64,000 nt of DNA from Stylophora pistillata. Its lineage: Eukaryota. This document shows, in pieces, positions 23,585-33,947 of the stretch. The position numbers and the translations under genes were made by a program. The notes beneath the pieces were generated by a model. The model was not told the DNA's origin. It worked only from the letters and a program-made list of their open reading frames with translations, and ran no database searches. Where the stretch lies: positions 69,491 to 133,490 of the forward strand of contig NW_019218343.1 of NCBI RefSeq assembly GCF_002571385.2, written 5' to 3'. Within the stretch, counting starts at the first letter, position 1. Each line of letters starts with the position of its first letter.

Positions 23585-26581
23585 GGCAAGACAACTGGAA
23601 GGCTCACACAGTACAGACGAAGTTATGGTTCTTATGAAAAGTTCTCCTTCGTGCAACAGCCCTCAAAAACGAAAACTGGAAAGGCAGACGACATCTTACA
23701 AAGAAACCACATCAAGTCTTCTACGGAAGAAAAATTCCATAGACACGATCATGTCGTTTTTGCCAAAGGTCGGGAGGAAAACTTTGCCCCGCCCAAATGT
23801 AGTAATGATTTGTTCTGAAAAGCCGACTGAGACTTAAAGTGTCAGCCGAAACAAAATTTTGATTCCTGCGTCAGTTAGCACCTTCTTTCAAAAACATGTC
23901 CAACAGTAGAGTTTGAGAGAGAAATTTCAACTGTTTAGACTGATGCAGGAAAGATATAAATGTAAAGGAAGTCTTGTTTTAATGAAGTTAGAGGCGTTCC
24001 AGACTAGACGATCCAATATTGGTACTGGTGAAAAATTGTTCCAGGAGCTGAAAGGCTCTTGTCTAAAAGAATTATGCTTTGTTGGTGAAATCAAAAGCTT
24101 ATGTAGGCGGAAACCTTTCTTTGTTTTTCTTTGCCTAAACCTTTGTAACCTTTCATAACGTGGTTCCAAAACTAAAGCGAATTCATTTATCGAGCTCACA
24201 CAGCACAAGCCACTCACAGGCACCTTTTGTCTAGATGTTCAGCGGTCAAAGTAAGAGTTACGATTCTATAAATGGCATATAAGTTGTTTTTGGAGTGGTT
24301 ATCGCTGTGGTTTCCTTGTCCATTTTTGTAATACAAGTATTCCACTATTCGGGTTATCTGCGTAGATATTCGATATCACGTTACCATGACTGCACGACCC
24401 AGCGACCCAGAATGTTTACTAAGTATAGCACAACTTTTGCGAAAACAGAGCTTCTCCAAATTGCAACTCGCCAAACAACCGAAAGGTTGACTGAAATCAG
24501 AGACACAACGAAAAGGTACAGATTATTTCGAAATTCTTAATTTAAAAAAAAGTCTCCTTTCAACTGTGGTCGAATTCATAGCTAGGAGCTCCTGTCTTAA
24601 TTGATTACTAAATCAATCAGAACACGATCAGTTATCGAGAATGCGTTACAAACTGATTTCACCATCTGGACTTTGACCAAGTAATTTTTGCCAATGAACG
24701 TCTGTGATTTTCTACCTATCAACAGTCTTTTTTAAAAGTATAAAATACTTAAAGTAAATTTCTCTCAGTGAAAACAGCATACATTTTTTAGTTTAAAATT
24801 GTTAGCACACTTTATAACATTCAAAGCCCAAGGAGAACTATTTATAAAACATCATGCGGGTACAAAGTCCTTTGTTATCATTCTTAGAGACACCCGCCGC
24901 GACCCGAATCGCAAATAAATGAGAAGACTGAAAACGTGATCTTGATAGATTTGAATTCCAATCCATTTAAAAGAATTGTTTCTAGGGAAGCATCTTTCGC
25001 TGTAGAGTCTTGAACCTTGATTGATCGCAAAGCAAAATCTAGAAAGTACATGTATCAAGATCGAGAAGAATAGGACAAATTATCTTGGCTGCTTTGTTGA
25101 AGAGCATAAGTGGGAACAAGTGCAGAGGATTTCCCCAAAGCAGAAACTCGAATGATTCGTTGAAATATCAATAAATCTTATATATGAATAAGATACCTTC
25201 TTTGCCAGTTCCAAGAGTACATAGTCCTCCTTTGTTTGCGCATCAGAACCTTGATTCCTTGAATGAAGAGTCAGTGCTGCTCACGTGTAAGACTGACATC
25301 GATGACCTTAACATGACTGGACGATCAAACATAACTTTCCAAAGAAATTCTTCAAACCCTATTGGCAAACTCTGAGATAGTGGCGATTTAATATAGCAGG
25401 CGCCATGGCTCGATGCTATCTTCTGAAGAAACACGTAGCGGAAATCGAAGATTTACCGCAAAGAGATTTTGTACAACTAAAACGACTTTTGAACTAAACC
25501 CTGAATCAGCTGGCCAAAGTGCAAAATTTACTAGCGCGTGATATGATGACGTCAACTTCCTCACACGCACGTTTCTGAGGTCTCTGCCAATTTAGTGAGC
25601 ATGCGATAAATTTCCGTGGTACCGATGGAAACAAAGGAGTACAGAACGGACAGAATATAGGAGATGGAAACTGGGAAATGAAAGACATTGTTTTGAAACA
25701 TTTTCGATAATAGTAGCGATAATTCATACAACTTCATTCGTGATATTTTTGTAGCCATTGAATGGAATTGACGAAAGCATTTACCATTTAAAAGTTCTTT
25801 GAGTCAGGCAGTTTTCACTCTTAGAAACGGTTAGTTATGTTATAACGACTTTTTTTTTTTTTTTTGCGTATCACCTGCCATTGCATATTAAGCTGGTACT
25901 AACTCTGAAATATGTAAATATTCAAGAAGATCCGTTAATTTTTTTCCTCCACAAACGCTTTAGGAAATGCTTATATATGAATAGACATTGTTTATTGTCT
26001 TACGCGCATCAATGTACATGTTCTAGCAAAAGATTAGCAAAGGTGTAAAATATAAGATGTTTAGACTGGCATACTTCTGGAAAACATGGACTCCATGAGC
26101 AGAATTGAAAAGAATCTCGGAAAATAAACGGAATGAGGATATCAACAGCTCAACAAAATTGACAAACGGTCAATCATTTTAGCAGGTGGCCCTTGGCAAA
26201 ACTGTCTAAGGCCCACTAGGCGTAAAGAAAGTTGAACAAGCTCCTTAATTTTCCCATCAACGAACCCCAAAACAAACTTGTTACCAGCAAATTTGCATGT
26301 CAAAATGCTGAAATTGGTTAAACTTCAAACAAAGTTAATGACGTTCGACTTCGGACAGGAAAAAATAAAGGAAGTGCTTTTGTATACAAAACAAAAAGGG
26401 GAATTCTCGTTGTCAAATTGTGCGAGATAGTGAAGGTAATAAAAGAAGCCACAATTAAATATACAAAGATTTAGGAAAGAGTCACGATTTACCAGCAATG
26501 CATTTGCAATTTATCATGTTTTGACGAATTTGATCGGTATTTGGTTTCAAATACGCAATGCCACAATGATTATTATTCGGT

Positions 26582-27672
26582 ATGAATTTCACTAAGAAAG
26601 AAACGCTCTCCATCACGTCTTCACATGATTCCGAAGAGTCTGTCAAACGAGTTAGCTATAGGCCCTCAGCCAACAAGCGAATTTCTGCCTTAAACGTGCA
26701 CGAAGATCGCATTCTTCGTCGTAAGATAAGCGCCTATCACGAGATTCACAAAAAGGAGATCGCCGAGGTTTCTAGAAAACTTGTTGAAATCAGGGATTCG
26801 ATGAAAGAACTAGCGACGGATCCATTATATGGAAACCATTCTTTGCAGAATGTAGAAGGATCTGGAGATGGTAACTCTATTAGAACTCCTGTTACAAACG
26901 AGCAAAAGTTAAAACTTGGTCGTTCGCAAAGCTTTCCCGATCTAGGGGATCGATCAACCACAAGCACTAAAACAAACAAATCCTTATTCCCCATCCTCAA
27001 ACATGGACATCATGTCGTTCAGAGCATTGGAAACTCGGGTAAAAGAGCACCAATCCATCGTGGAGAGTTAAAACCGAGGGTGAAATCCACTGGCTTGCCA
27101 CGAAGTGCTCAAATAACCAAGTGGCAGCTTACGGAGCATAAAAAGCTGGAAAGGTCTAAAACAGCACCTGTTACAAAGCTCCAGCCACTTTTGATCACCA
27201 CGCCAGAGATGATGCGAAAAAAAATTAACATTTCTACTTTCAGTCGACCGATAAAAATAGATGAGGTCTCGTGCAGAAGACGTATTTCACCGTGTTTAGT
27301 GGAAACGGAACCGAAAACAACCCCAATGCATTCCCCACGTGATTCAGAAACCTATGTTCATCGACCCAAGTCGACATCTGATACCCAGGTATTACCTTCA
27401 CACAGCTTCTCGAACGATTCAAAGAGGCAGTTCAATTTTGCCAGCGAGAAAATGCTTACCAAAAGAGAAGCAAATGCAAGTCACAGAGGTCATTCCTTCT
27501 CTAGTGAAAAAAATGGTTACGAACAAGAATCGCCCGTGGCAGCACCTCGAAGTATTTCCAAAATTCTCAAAACTATAAATTGGAAGTGAACGATGCTACT
27601 CCAGAGAGCAATGAAAAGGGTATCGATGATTTAAAATATTGTCGATACTTATGAATTTGTACGGAAAACTAA
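26582..27672 (+). CDS. CCDC190-like array member E; 335-aa ORF whose CRYL tail is in the -1 frame and carries a TGA (probable young pseudogene)
   Basis: N-terminal LNVHEDRILRRKISAYHEIHKKEIAEVSRKLVEIRDSMKEL; the ORF stops at 27589. The -1 frame (open from 27508) reads ...GIDDLKYCRYL*ICTEN*. Confidence 0.7.
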
Positions 27673-28667
27673 GAAAGTAATCGAATTTGGCGGAACAGAA
27701 GACTTAGAAATGGAGCGAATCCAAATTTACAACCGGATATGACACAATGATAGCTCAACATGACTGTGGTACTAAGATGGGAAACCATTTTATTTCTGTT
27801 GCCTGGAAACGAAAGAATAACTCTTCAACATCCTCGCTGTTTTGATTTGATATATTCAGATGATGATTCACTAATGTGAAAGCAAGCTTAACTTATTTAT
27901 CGAAACAAATAAAACTGAAACAGTTGCTGAGCTAACTTTTAGTCAAAGAATGAGGCATAACACACTCAAATCTTACAGAGACTTCAAACGTCGAATGGAA
28001 CGGAAGAACCTCAATGATTTCCTATTAAATTTTTGGCATAAGCTTCATTATATATTATGAACGTGAAACTGGTGTAATCGTGTAGCAAATATAACAATGG
28101 CAATCGCCTCAAAATCTTTGAAATGGCTGTTGACCAAACATGTAAGAATTTAAATCATTCCTTAGATTTTCCCCTAGAATTTCAAAGTATAAAATAATGA
28201 CTATAATTTTTGACTGAAGTTCATAGTAATAATTTTTGGAAATTAATGAGGTAACGAATATCATTCATTTTGCAGTTAGCAATATTTCATCGCATTTCCT
28301 TTTTCTATTGCAAAACAGAAAATATATAGCATAAAGATTTGTCCGTCGATTGAATTACAAAGAAAGAAGAAGAACAATTACTGCACTTCTCTCGTACACA
28401 TTATCTCTATGATAACTAAAAGACAATTCATGAAAGGATAAAAAGCAAAAGCGATAAATATGGTGCAAACTTTATTGTTTCAACCATTTTACTGATCTTT
28501 TTTCTTTGCGTCCTATACGTGTAGTTTAAATTTATACTTTTGTTCTTAAAGAATCGGGTTAAAATTTGCTCTTTTTCTTTGTTGATCGTTCTTTACGTTA
28601 CCAATCAATGTTTTTTTGTTTTTTTGTTTTTTTATTTACTACTTGTTTTGTATTTGAACAAGAAGTA

Positions 28668-29040
28668 ATTTTGAAAAGCATTTAACAATAAAAATTGCGA
28701 TAAAACATTTTAAGATTAAAAAGTTGCTAAATGACGACGACGTTTCTACGTTGGCTAAACGTCATTATCAAGTCAAAATATGTTTGTGAGTTCCAGTCTA
28801 CAAATATCCAGACGGACTCCATACGTGTGAAACTTTTTGTTTAATATTTTTTAATCATCTTTTTCTCACGTTACAGCTTTTAATCAGCTATTGTTTTTTA
28901 AGTATTTATGGACTGGAACTCACAAAAATATTTTGAATTGATAATGATGTTTAGCCAACGTCGAAATGTCGTCGTCTTTTAGCAATTTTTTAATCTTAAA
29001 ATGATTTTGAGAAATGTTTTATCGAAATTTTTTATCGTTA
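28668..29040. mobile_element. Inverted pair of PLE-type terminal repeats, each with a TTGATAA-type hammerhead-like core
   Basis: Arms ~28700-28798 and ~28911-29004 are reverse complements. Cores lie at 28736-28772 (-; TTGATAATGACGTTTAGCCAACGTAGAAACGTC) and 28937-28973 (+). Confidence 0.65.
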
Positions 29041-29184
29041 ATTGTTTTGTATTTGTTTGTTTTTTGTTTGTTTGTTTGTGTGTTTGTGTTTTCCTTTTCT
29101 GTTAAGACAGAATGTACCCACAAAGTATGTTATCTAGGATGTGCACTTAACTCTGCCCGGCTTCTTCTCTTCGCAGCATCCTTA

Positions 29185-29490
29185 GCATCATACGTATCTA
29201 ATACCGCAGTTCAAAATATATGAACTTCATATATTCATTGTATCTGATTTATCATCACGGGTTTATTACGAATCAACTTAACCGGGCCTGCTCCTAGTTG
29301 GCTTGTTAGCTCAATTGGTAGAGCGCTGCACTAGTATCGCAGAGGTCAGTGGTTCGAATCCCGTACAGGCCTGATTTTTTCCAGGTCTGATTTTCGCTAT
29401 TGCATAAATAGCGCTCTGTACTGCGAGGATCGTGCATCATACGTATCTAATACCGCAGTTCAAAATATATGAACTTCATATATTCATTGT
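29185..29490 (+). mobile_element. tRNA(Thr)-headed repeat flanked by identical 57-bp direct repeats (249-bp period)
   Basis: tRNA-like 29300-29372 with A box TAGCTCAATTGG, B box GGTTCGAATCC and anticodon loop CTAGTAT. Direct repeats at 29185-29241 and 29434-29490. Confidence 0.8.
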
Positions 29491-30458
29491 GTCCATAGCT
29501 TGTGTTGGTTTAAATTCTTCTTTCCCTCAAAGCTGATGACAAAAATGCTGACAAAACTGATGCAAATATTTCCTTATTTGCATCACAGTAAACATTTTAC
29601 TTGCAAGCCATGAAAGTCGTTAAATCATTGTATATTAAAGTTCACAAAGTAACCAGGTGTACAATCGGACACGGTTTGATGCAACTCTGGTTTAACAATT
29701 TAATGGATGTAACCGGGGAATTACGATTCTTCGATCCATCGTTTCGAAACTTCTATTCGAAAAAAAGGAAAGGCATTAAACAGAAAACGTTAGGTCGCTG
29801 AATTGTAATTCTCCGGTAATATTGATTTCATTACATCCTTAAACCAGAGTAGCATAAAACCATGTCTCGTTAAATTTTTTTTTTTTTAACATAAATCATA
29901 CCTTTGTCAGTTCAAGGTATTAAATGCGTTCTAGGTTGATGGTAATTTCTTTTGAGAAAAAAACCATAACTGGCAAATCTGCACCTAACAAAGTTTTCAT
30001 CCATTATTTACGGTACTAAGAGGTAGACTGCGTACGAATACGAATTACAGATTGAAGCAAAACTTTCTTTTTAAATTTTCATTAAGGCTAAGATCTTTGT
30101 GCCAAGAATTACATTGATAAAGACATCACACAGATTTCATGCTAAATTATTCATGAAAAGTAAATATCGTTGAATTGACCTTCGTATTTCACACGGTATT
30201 TTCACTGTATTAACTGGAAGTCCCTTTTGAAGTGTTTTTTTCTTTTCATCTAAGCGATCGGGGTAAATACAAGGCAATTTTCTTCAAATCGACTCATGTT
30301 CAAAGAAGTGTCATGGGGAGGCAGTATTTCATTAACTCGCATGCATCTTAGGAAAATCAGCTCTGACGACTAATCCATGCTAGCTTCCTTTTAAGAAAAC
30401 ACTCTTCACAGTTTTTGACTCGGATTGCATTTTAGTAGAACTTTGTCAACAACCTACA

Positions 30459-32210
30459 ATGGATAAGAGGAAAACGATTGATTTTCGGCAAACTGAAAAG
30501 GCTTCAGTGGCTTATTTCCACGAGCAGTCAATACTGCGTAAAAAATTGGACCAGTTTCAAAGAGAGCAGGACAAAAGCCTCAAAAAGATCTCAAGCAGAC
30601 AAGATACATTAGCGAGGGATTTTTTGGGCCAAATTGGCAAGAGTCGAAATAAAAAGCTAGCAGTTATGGAACATTGGCATATACGATCCTCGCATACCGA
30701 CCTATTTTCCAGACATGATTCTGTAAGTGCAGAACGTACATATATACCAGATATACTCGTTCGAGCCCGGAAAGTATCTGCTCCGAGCGATACAAGATCT
30801 AAGAGCGGTAGAGCCTCGATCTCCAGTGACATTAACAGTAGCAGAAAAGCGAGTGACCCCGAATATTTTTCAGGTCGGACAATAGATTATGGAGAGCGCC
30901 AAGCTGTCGGCGTTCCGAGGAGAAAACTAACTACTGGTCATGTTGATTTAGCGGCTTCTTCCGGAGGCCTTCCTCATTATGCTGGATGTTCAGGTTCGCC
31001 TATGGATTACGACGATGTAGTCAGTCAAAGTAGATCCAATGTCAGCGTTTTAAAGGCAAAGATGCCAAGTGGACAGTCCGGTGGCTTTTTTAGCGACACT
31101 TTATCTCGCACGAAATCTGAAAGGGAAGATTCGATGAGGAAGATAGATTTACCGACAAGTTTATCTTCATGTATCGACGCACCATCCAGAATGGTTAATG
31201 AGACAACATCGGAAGGTGTAAGCAAATATCGACGAGATAATTTGCTAAGCGCTCCCAAAAATATACTCGAGAATCGAAGGCAAATCTTTAATGGAAATTT
31301 GACCAGTTTTCAAGGTCTTCCTAATGATGTTGACAACAATTTCAACTCACAGGGAAGAGAAGAAAACAAAGATATTCCCAGAGTAGCACCTGGAACATTA
31401 ATTACGAATGGACAATTTCAAAGCGCCAGACTAGATGTAAGCGGAGTTTATATTTCTGAGGAATTCTCAACTCTAGAGTCTAAGGAAGCGAATTTGTCTC
31501 GAGGAATAAGCAATGTTTACTCGGAGAAGGAAGTTGAAGTCGAAACCAGTGGTGAAAGCAGCAACACTTTTCAAAGAAAAGGAAGCTTATCAAGAGATCA
31601 AATAAAACTGGATTTGCATGAGTTAACAATCGCGACAACAACAGCAGCAGGTGCAAGAGGAGGAATACGTCATCATGGGAACGCCTGGAGTGACAAAAGC
31701 ACGACTCCGAGGAGAAAGATTTCGACTGGGCAAGCGCCCCCCGGAGCTGTGATAAACCGGAATTCGAGAATATCGCGAAATGAAGAGAGTTTCATGGAAC
31801 GGAATTCAGCAAAAAGTGAGACTGGAGAAAACAGTGATGGATTGAGAAGCTTTCGTTCCTTGGCGCTTGTGGCGACTGCGGCTCAAAGATTCCGCACTGC
31901 AACTACTAACGCAGGCCCAGAGAAACCTAAACCTGGTGTATCGCCCGACAAAAAAATTCTGACAAAAGCTAGATTATATGAGCTGCAGAGACCAACAGAA
32001 AGCTACTTGAGACAAGTAGCAGCAGTAGAAGAAATGTCCACAAATATCCTGAGATTAGGAACAAGAAGCAAATCCGTGAGTGGACCTAGCTCTAGAAAAA
32101 TTTCAGTTAATGGAATCACAGATTTCCGACGAGTAAGTCAAGCTGCCTTGGCAACACGGGTTTTGATTGACAGAGGCATCAAAAAAGTGTCCACAACTGG
32201 GCTCTCATAA
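30459..32210 (+). CDS. CCDC190-like array member F, 583 aa; the conserved CRYLR tail continues in frame behind the TAA to 32315
   Basis: N-terminal HEQSILRKKLDQFQREQDKSLKKISSRQDTL. After TAA 32208-32210 the same frame reads LESRKETNHCKSLSDMMNELKNCRYLRNSSLHDK*. Confidence 0.85.
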   Translation: MDKRKTIDFRQTEKASVAYFHEQSILRKKLDQFQREQDKSLKKISSRQDTLARDFLGQIGKSRNKKLAVMEHWHIRSSHTDLFSRHDSVSAERTYIPDILVRARKVSAPSDTRSKSGRASISSDINSSRKASDPEYFSGRTIDYGERQAVGVPRRKLTTGHVDLAASSGGLPHYAGCSGSPMDYDDVVSQSRSNVSVLKAKMPSGQSGGFFSDTLSRTKSEREDSMRKIDLPTSLSSCIDAPSRMVNETTSEGVSKYRRDNLLSAPKNILENRRQIFNGNLTSFQGLPNDVDNNFNSQGREENKDIPRVAPGTLITNGQFQSARLDVSGVYISEEFSTLESKEANLSRGISNVYSEKEVEVETSGESSNTFQRKGSLSRDQIKLDLHELTIATTTAAGARGGIRHHGNAWSDKSTTPRRKISTGQAPPGAVINRNSRISRNEESFMERNSAKSETGENSDGLRSFRSLALVATAAQRFRTATTNAGPEKPKPGVSPDKKILTKARLYELQRPTESYLRQVAAVEEMSTNILRLGTRSKSVSGPSSRKISVNGITDFRRVSQAALATRVLIDRGIKKVSTTGLS

Positions 32211-33947
32211 CTGGAGTCTAGAAAAGAGACAAACCACTGTAAATCGCTCTCTGACATGATGAACGAATTGAAGAATTGTCGTTATTTGAGAAATTCGAGT
32301 CTCCACGATAAATGATATCGTTGGCTTTCGTAGTCCTCCTCTTCTTAATGGGCTTTCATAGCTGTTACCGTCTATGTTACATAACCAGGTTTATTGTCGG
32401 CAGGTTTACCTTTGCTGGATATCATCAGCTTTTACTGAAATCTCCTAGAGGCGCTATCTTAGCTCTTTATTTCATTGATAATAGCCATGGTGGTTCTGTA
32501 GAAGTGAATGTGTGAATACGAAAACAAAAAATCGCTAAGGCCCACACAACTCCAAAGCAATTATCTCAACACAAAATTCACTTTGATGCTCTTTTCAGCG
32601 CGCTAAGTGGTGATTACAATGACTGAACAAAATATGAGAATATTGTTTTGCCTTCTTTCATTCGGATGCTTTTATTCTCGATGTCATTTACCAATTGCTT
32701 CCCTCTAACTTAAATTTATTTTTTCCTTGGGGCTGATTTTGCGTTCTTTTTTACCATCCTCCTTCAATTTTTTACAAAGTATTTTAATTTCATTTATTTT
32801 ACGTTTATTAAAAACACAAAAATATCAAACAAACGAAGTAAAAACAAACTTTACCGAGAATGAAATTGTATCTCTATTAGATATTTTACCCAACTGTGTT
32901 TTAGACCAATAACATGAGTCGCGCTGCGTTAGTTTAAATTTGTGAAATGAGAGTCCTTTTAAATGATTCGAAAGCAAGTGTTTTGTGTAGCAAATTTAAA
33001 ATAGGCCATAAACCTAAAATAGACTCGGCTGTCGAAAGCATCGCCTTTATTTTAACGAGTATTAAACCTTTTTTAATTTTTTTGGGTTTTGTTCATGGTT
33101 TTTGATGCGAATTTGGCGAAAATAGAAATATCTATCCTAGATTATCACCTTGAGTTTAGTTTTTCAGCCGAAGAGTTTTTGGATCAGAATCAAGATTATC
33201 GCCTTCTCATCAAAGACGACAGGATGCTTTATTCAAGTACTTCCCTCTTGTGTAAACTTTAACAAGAAATAATTAGCAACTAAGGTAAAAGACCGGCAAT
33301 TTCAATTTAAAAAAAGGGGCAAAAATCGATCTCCAAGGAAAAGATGTCTTATGTTCGATTTTACCGAAAACTATTGTGACCATTTTGGAGTTGGATCTTG
33401 GTCCATTAGATTTACATGGGATACTTTCGTAGTTACTCTTGCTTTAGGGTATCCAAGAGGCTAGTCTTGTACCTGAAAACAATTAAAATACGCGACGCCT
33501 TAATGTATTCATAAAATGGCCTGCTTCATTTGGGGTTAGGTGATAAAAATGTCAAAAACGAATAAAAGATAAGGGTAAGTAGGGATTCTATTTAATCACA
33601 CGGATCTAATGAGGACAAAAGATCGTAACGAAGTGGCCTCCTCGCTGCTATCAAGAGACGATGTATTGAACTTATGATAAAGTTTGGGAAGAGAAACGCA
33701 ACGAGTTTGACGCTTCTCAGTTCAGATGACAGTTTGGAGAGACTGGCTTTATTTGGCGTGTGACAAACAGGTGTGCTCATACTAATTTTTCAGTACAGTT
33801 TGCTTTGCTGAAACTCCACATCAATAGAATCGAAGCAAGCATCCTCTTCGACTCTTCGATACGTCATAGCGAGGAGTGATCGACGAAACTGGAAAAAAAA
33901 ATCGTTTAAAAGCTTGAGTCATTGGTTCATAAACATCAGCCGATGAA

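Larger units (their letters stand above)
22171..24070 (+). pseudogene. CCDC190-like array member C, disrupted by frameshifts, a hammerhead element and an AT-rich tandem repeat
   Basis: N-terminal RQNNDLRHTPSQFEKEKLKQMKSIEGDLWELQRFMQELK; fragments 22578-22841, 23625-23837 and 23913-24158; decayed tail EKLFQELKGSCLK at ~24030-24070. Confidence 0.6.

Noticed and set aside
24335-24370. YSGYLRR as the CRYLR tail of paralog C
   Set aside because: Lacks the preceding acidic/Leu helix; LFQELKG at ~24040 fits better and the match may be chance.
27652-27654. TGA near CRYL as selenocysteine
   Set aside because: The TGA aligns to Arg (CGA), not Cys, in paralogs, and I could not recognise a SECIS downstream.
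29300-29372. Functional tRNA-Thr gene
   Set aside because: Mismatches in the acceptor, anticodon and T stems; embedded in a repeat unit whose second copy has a different anticodon loop. Treated as a tRNA-derived element.
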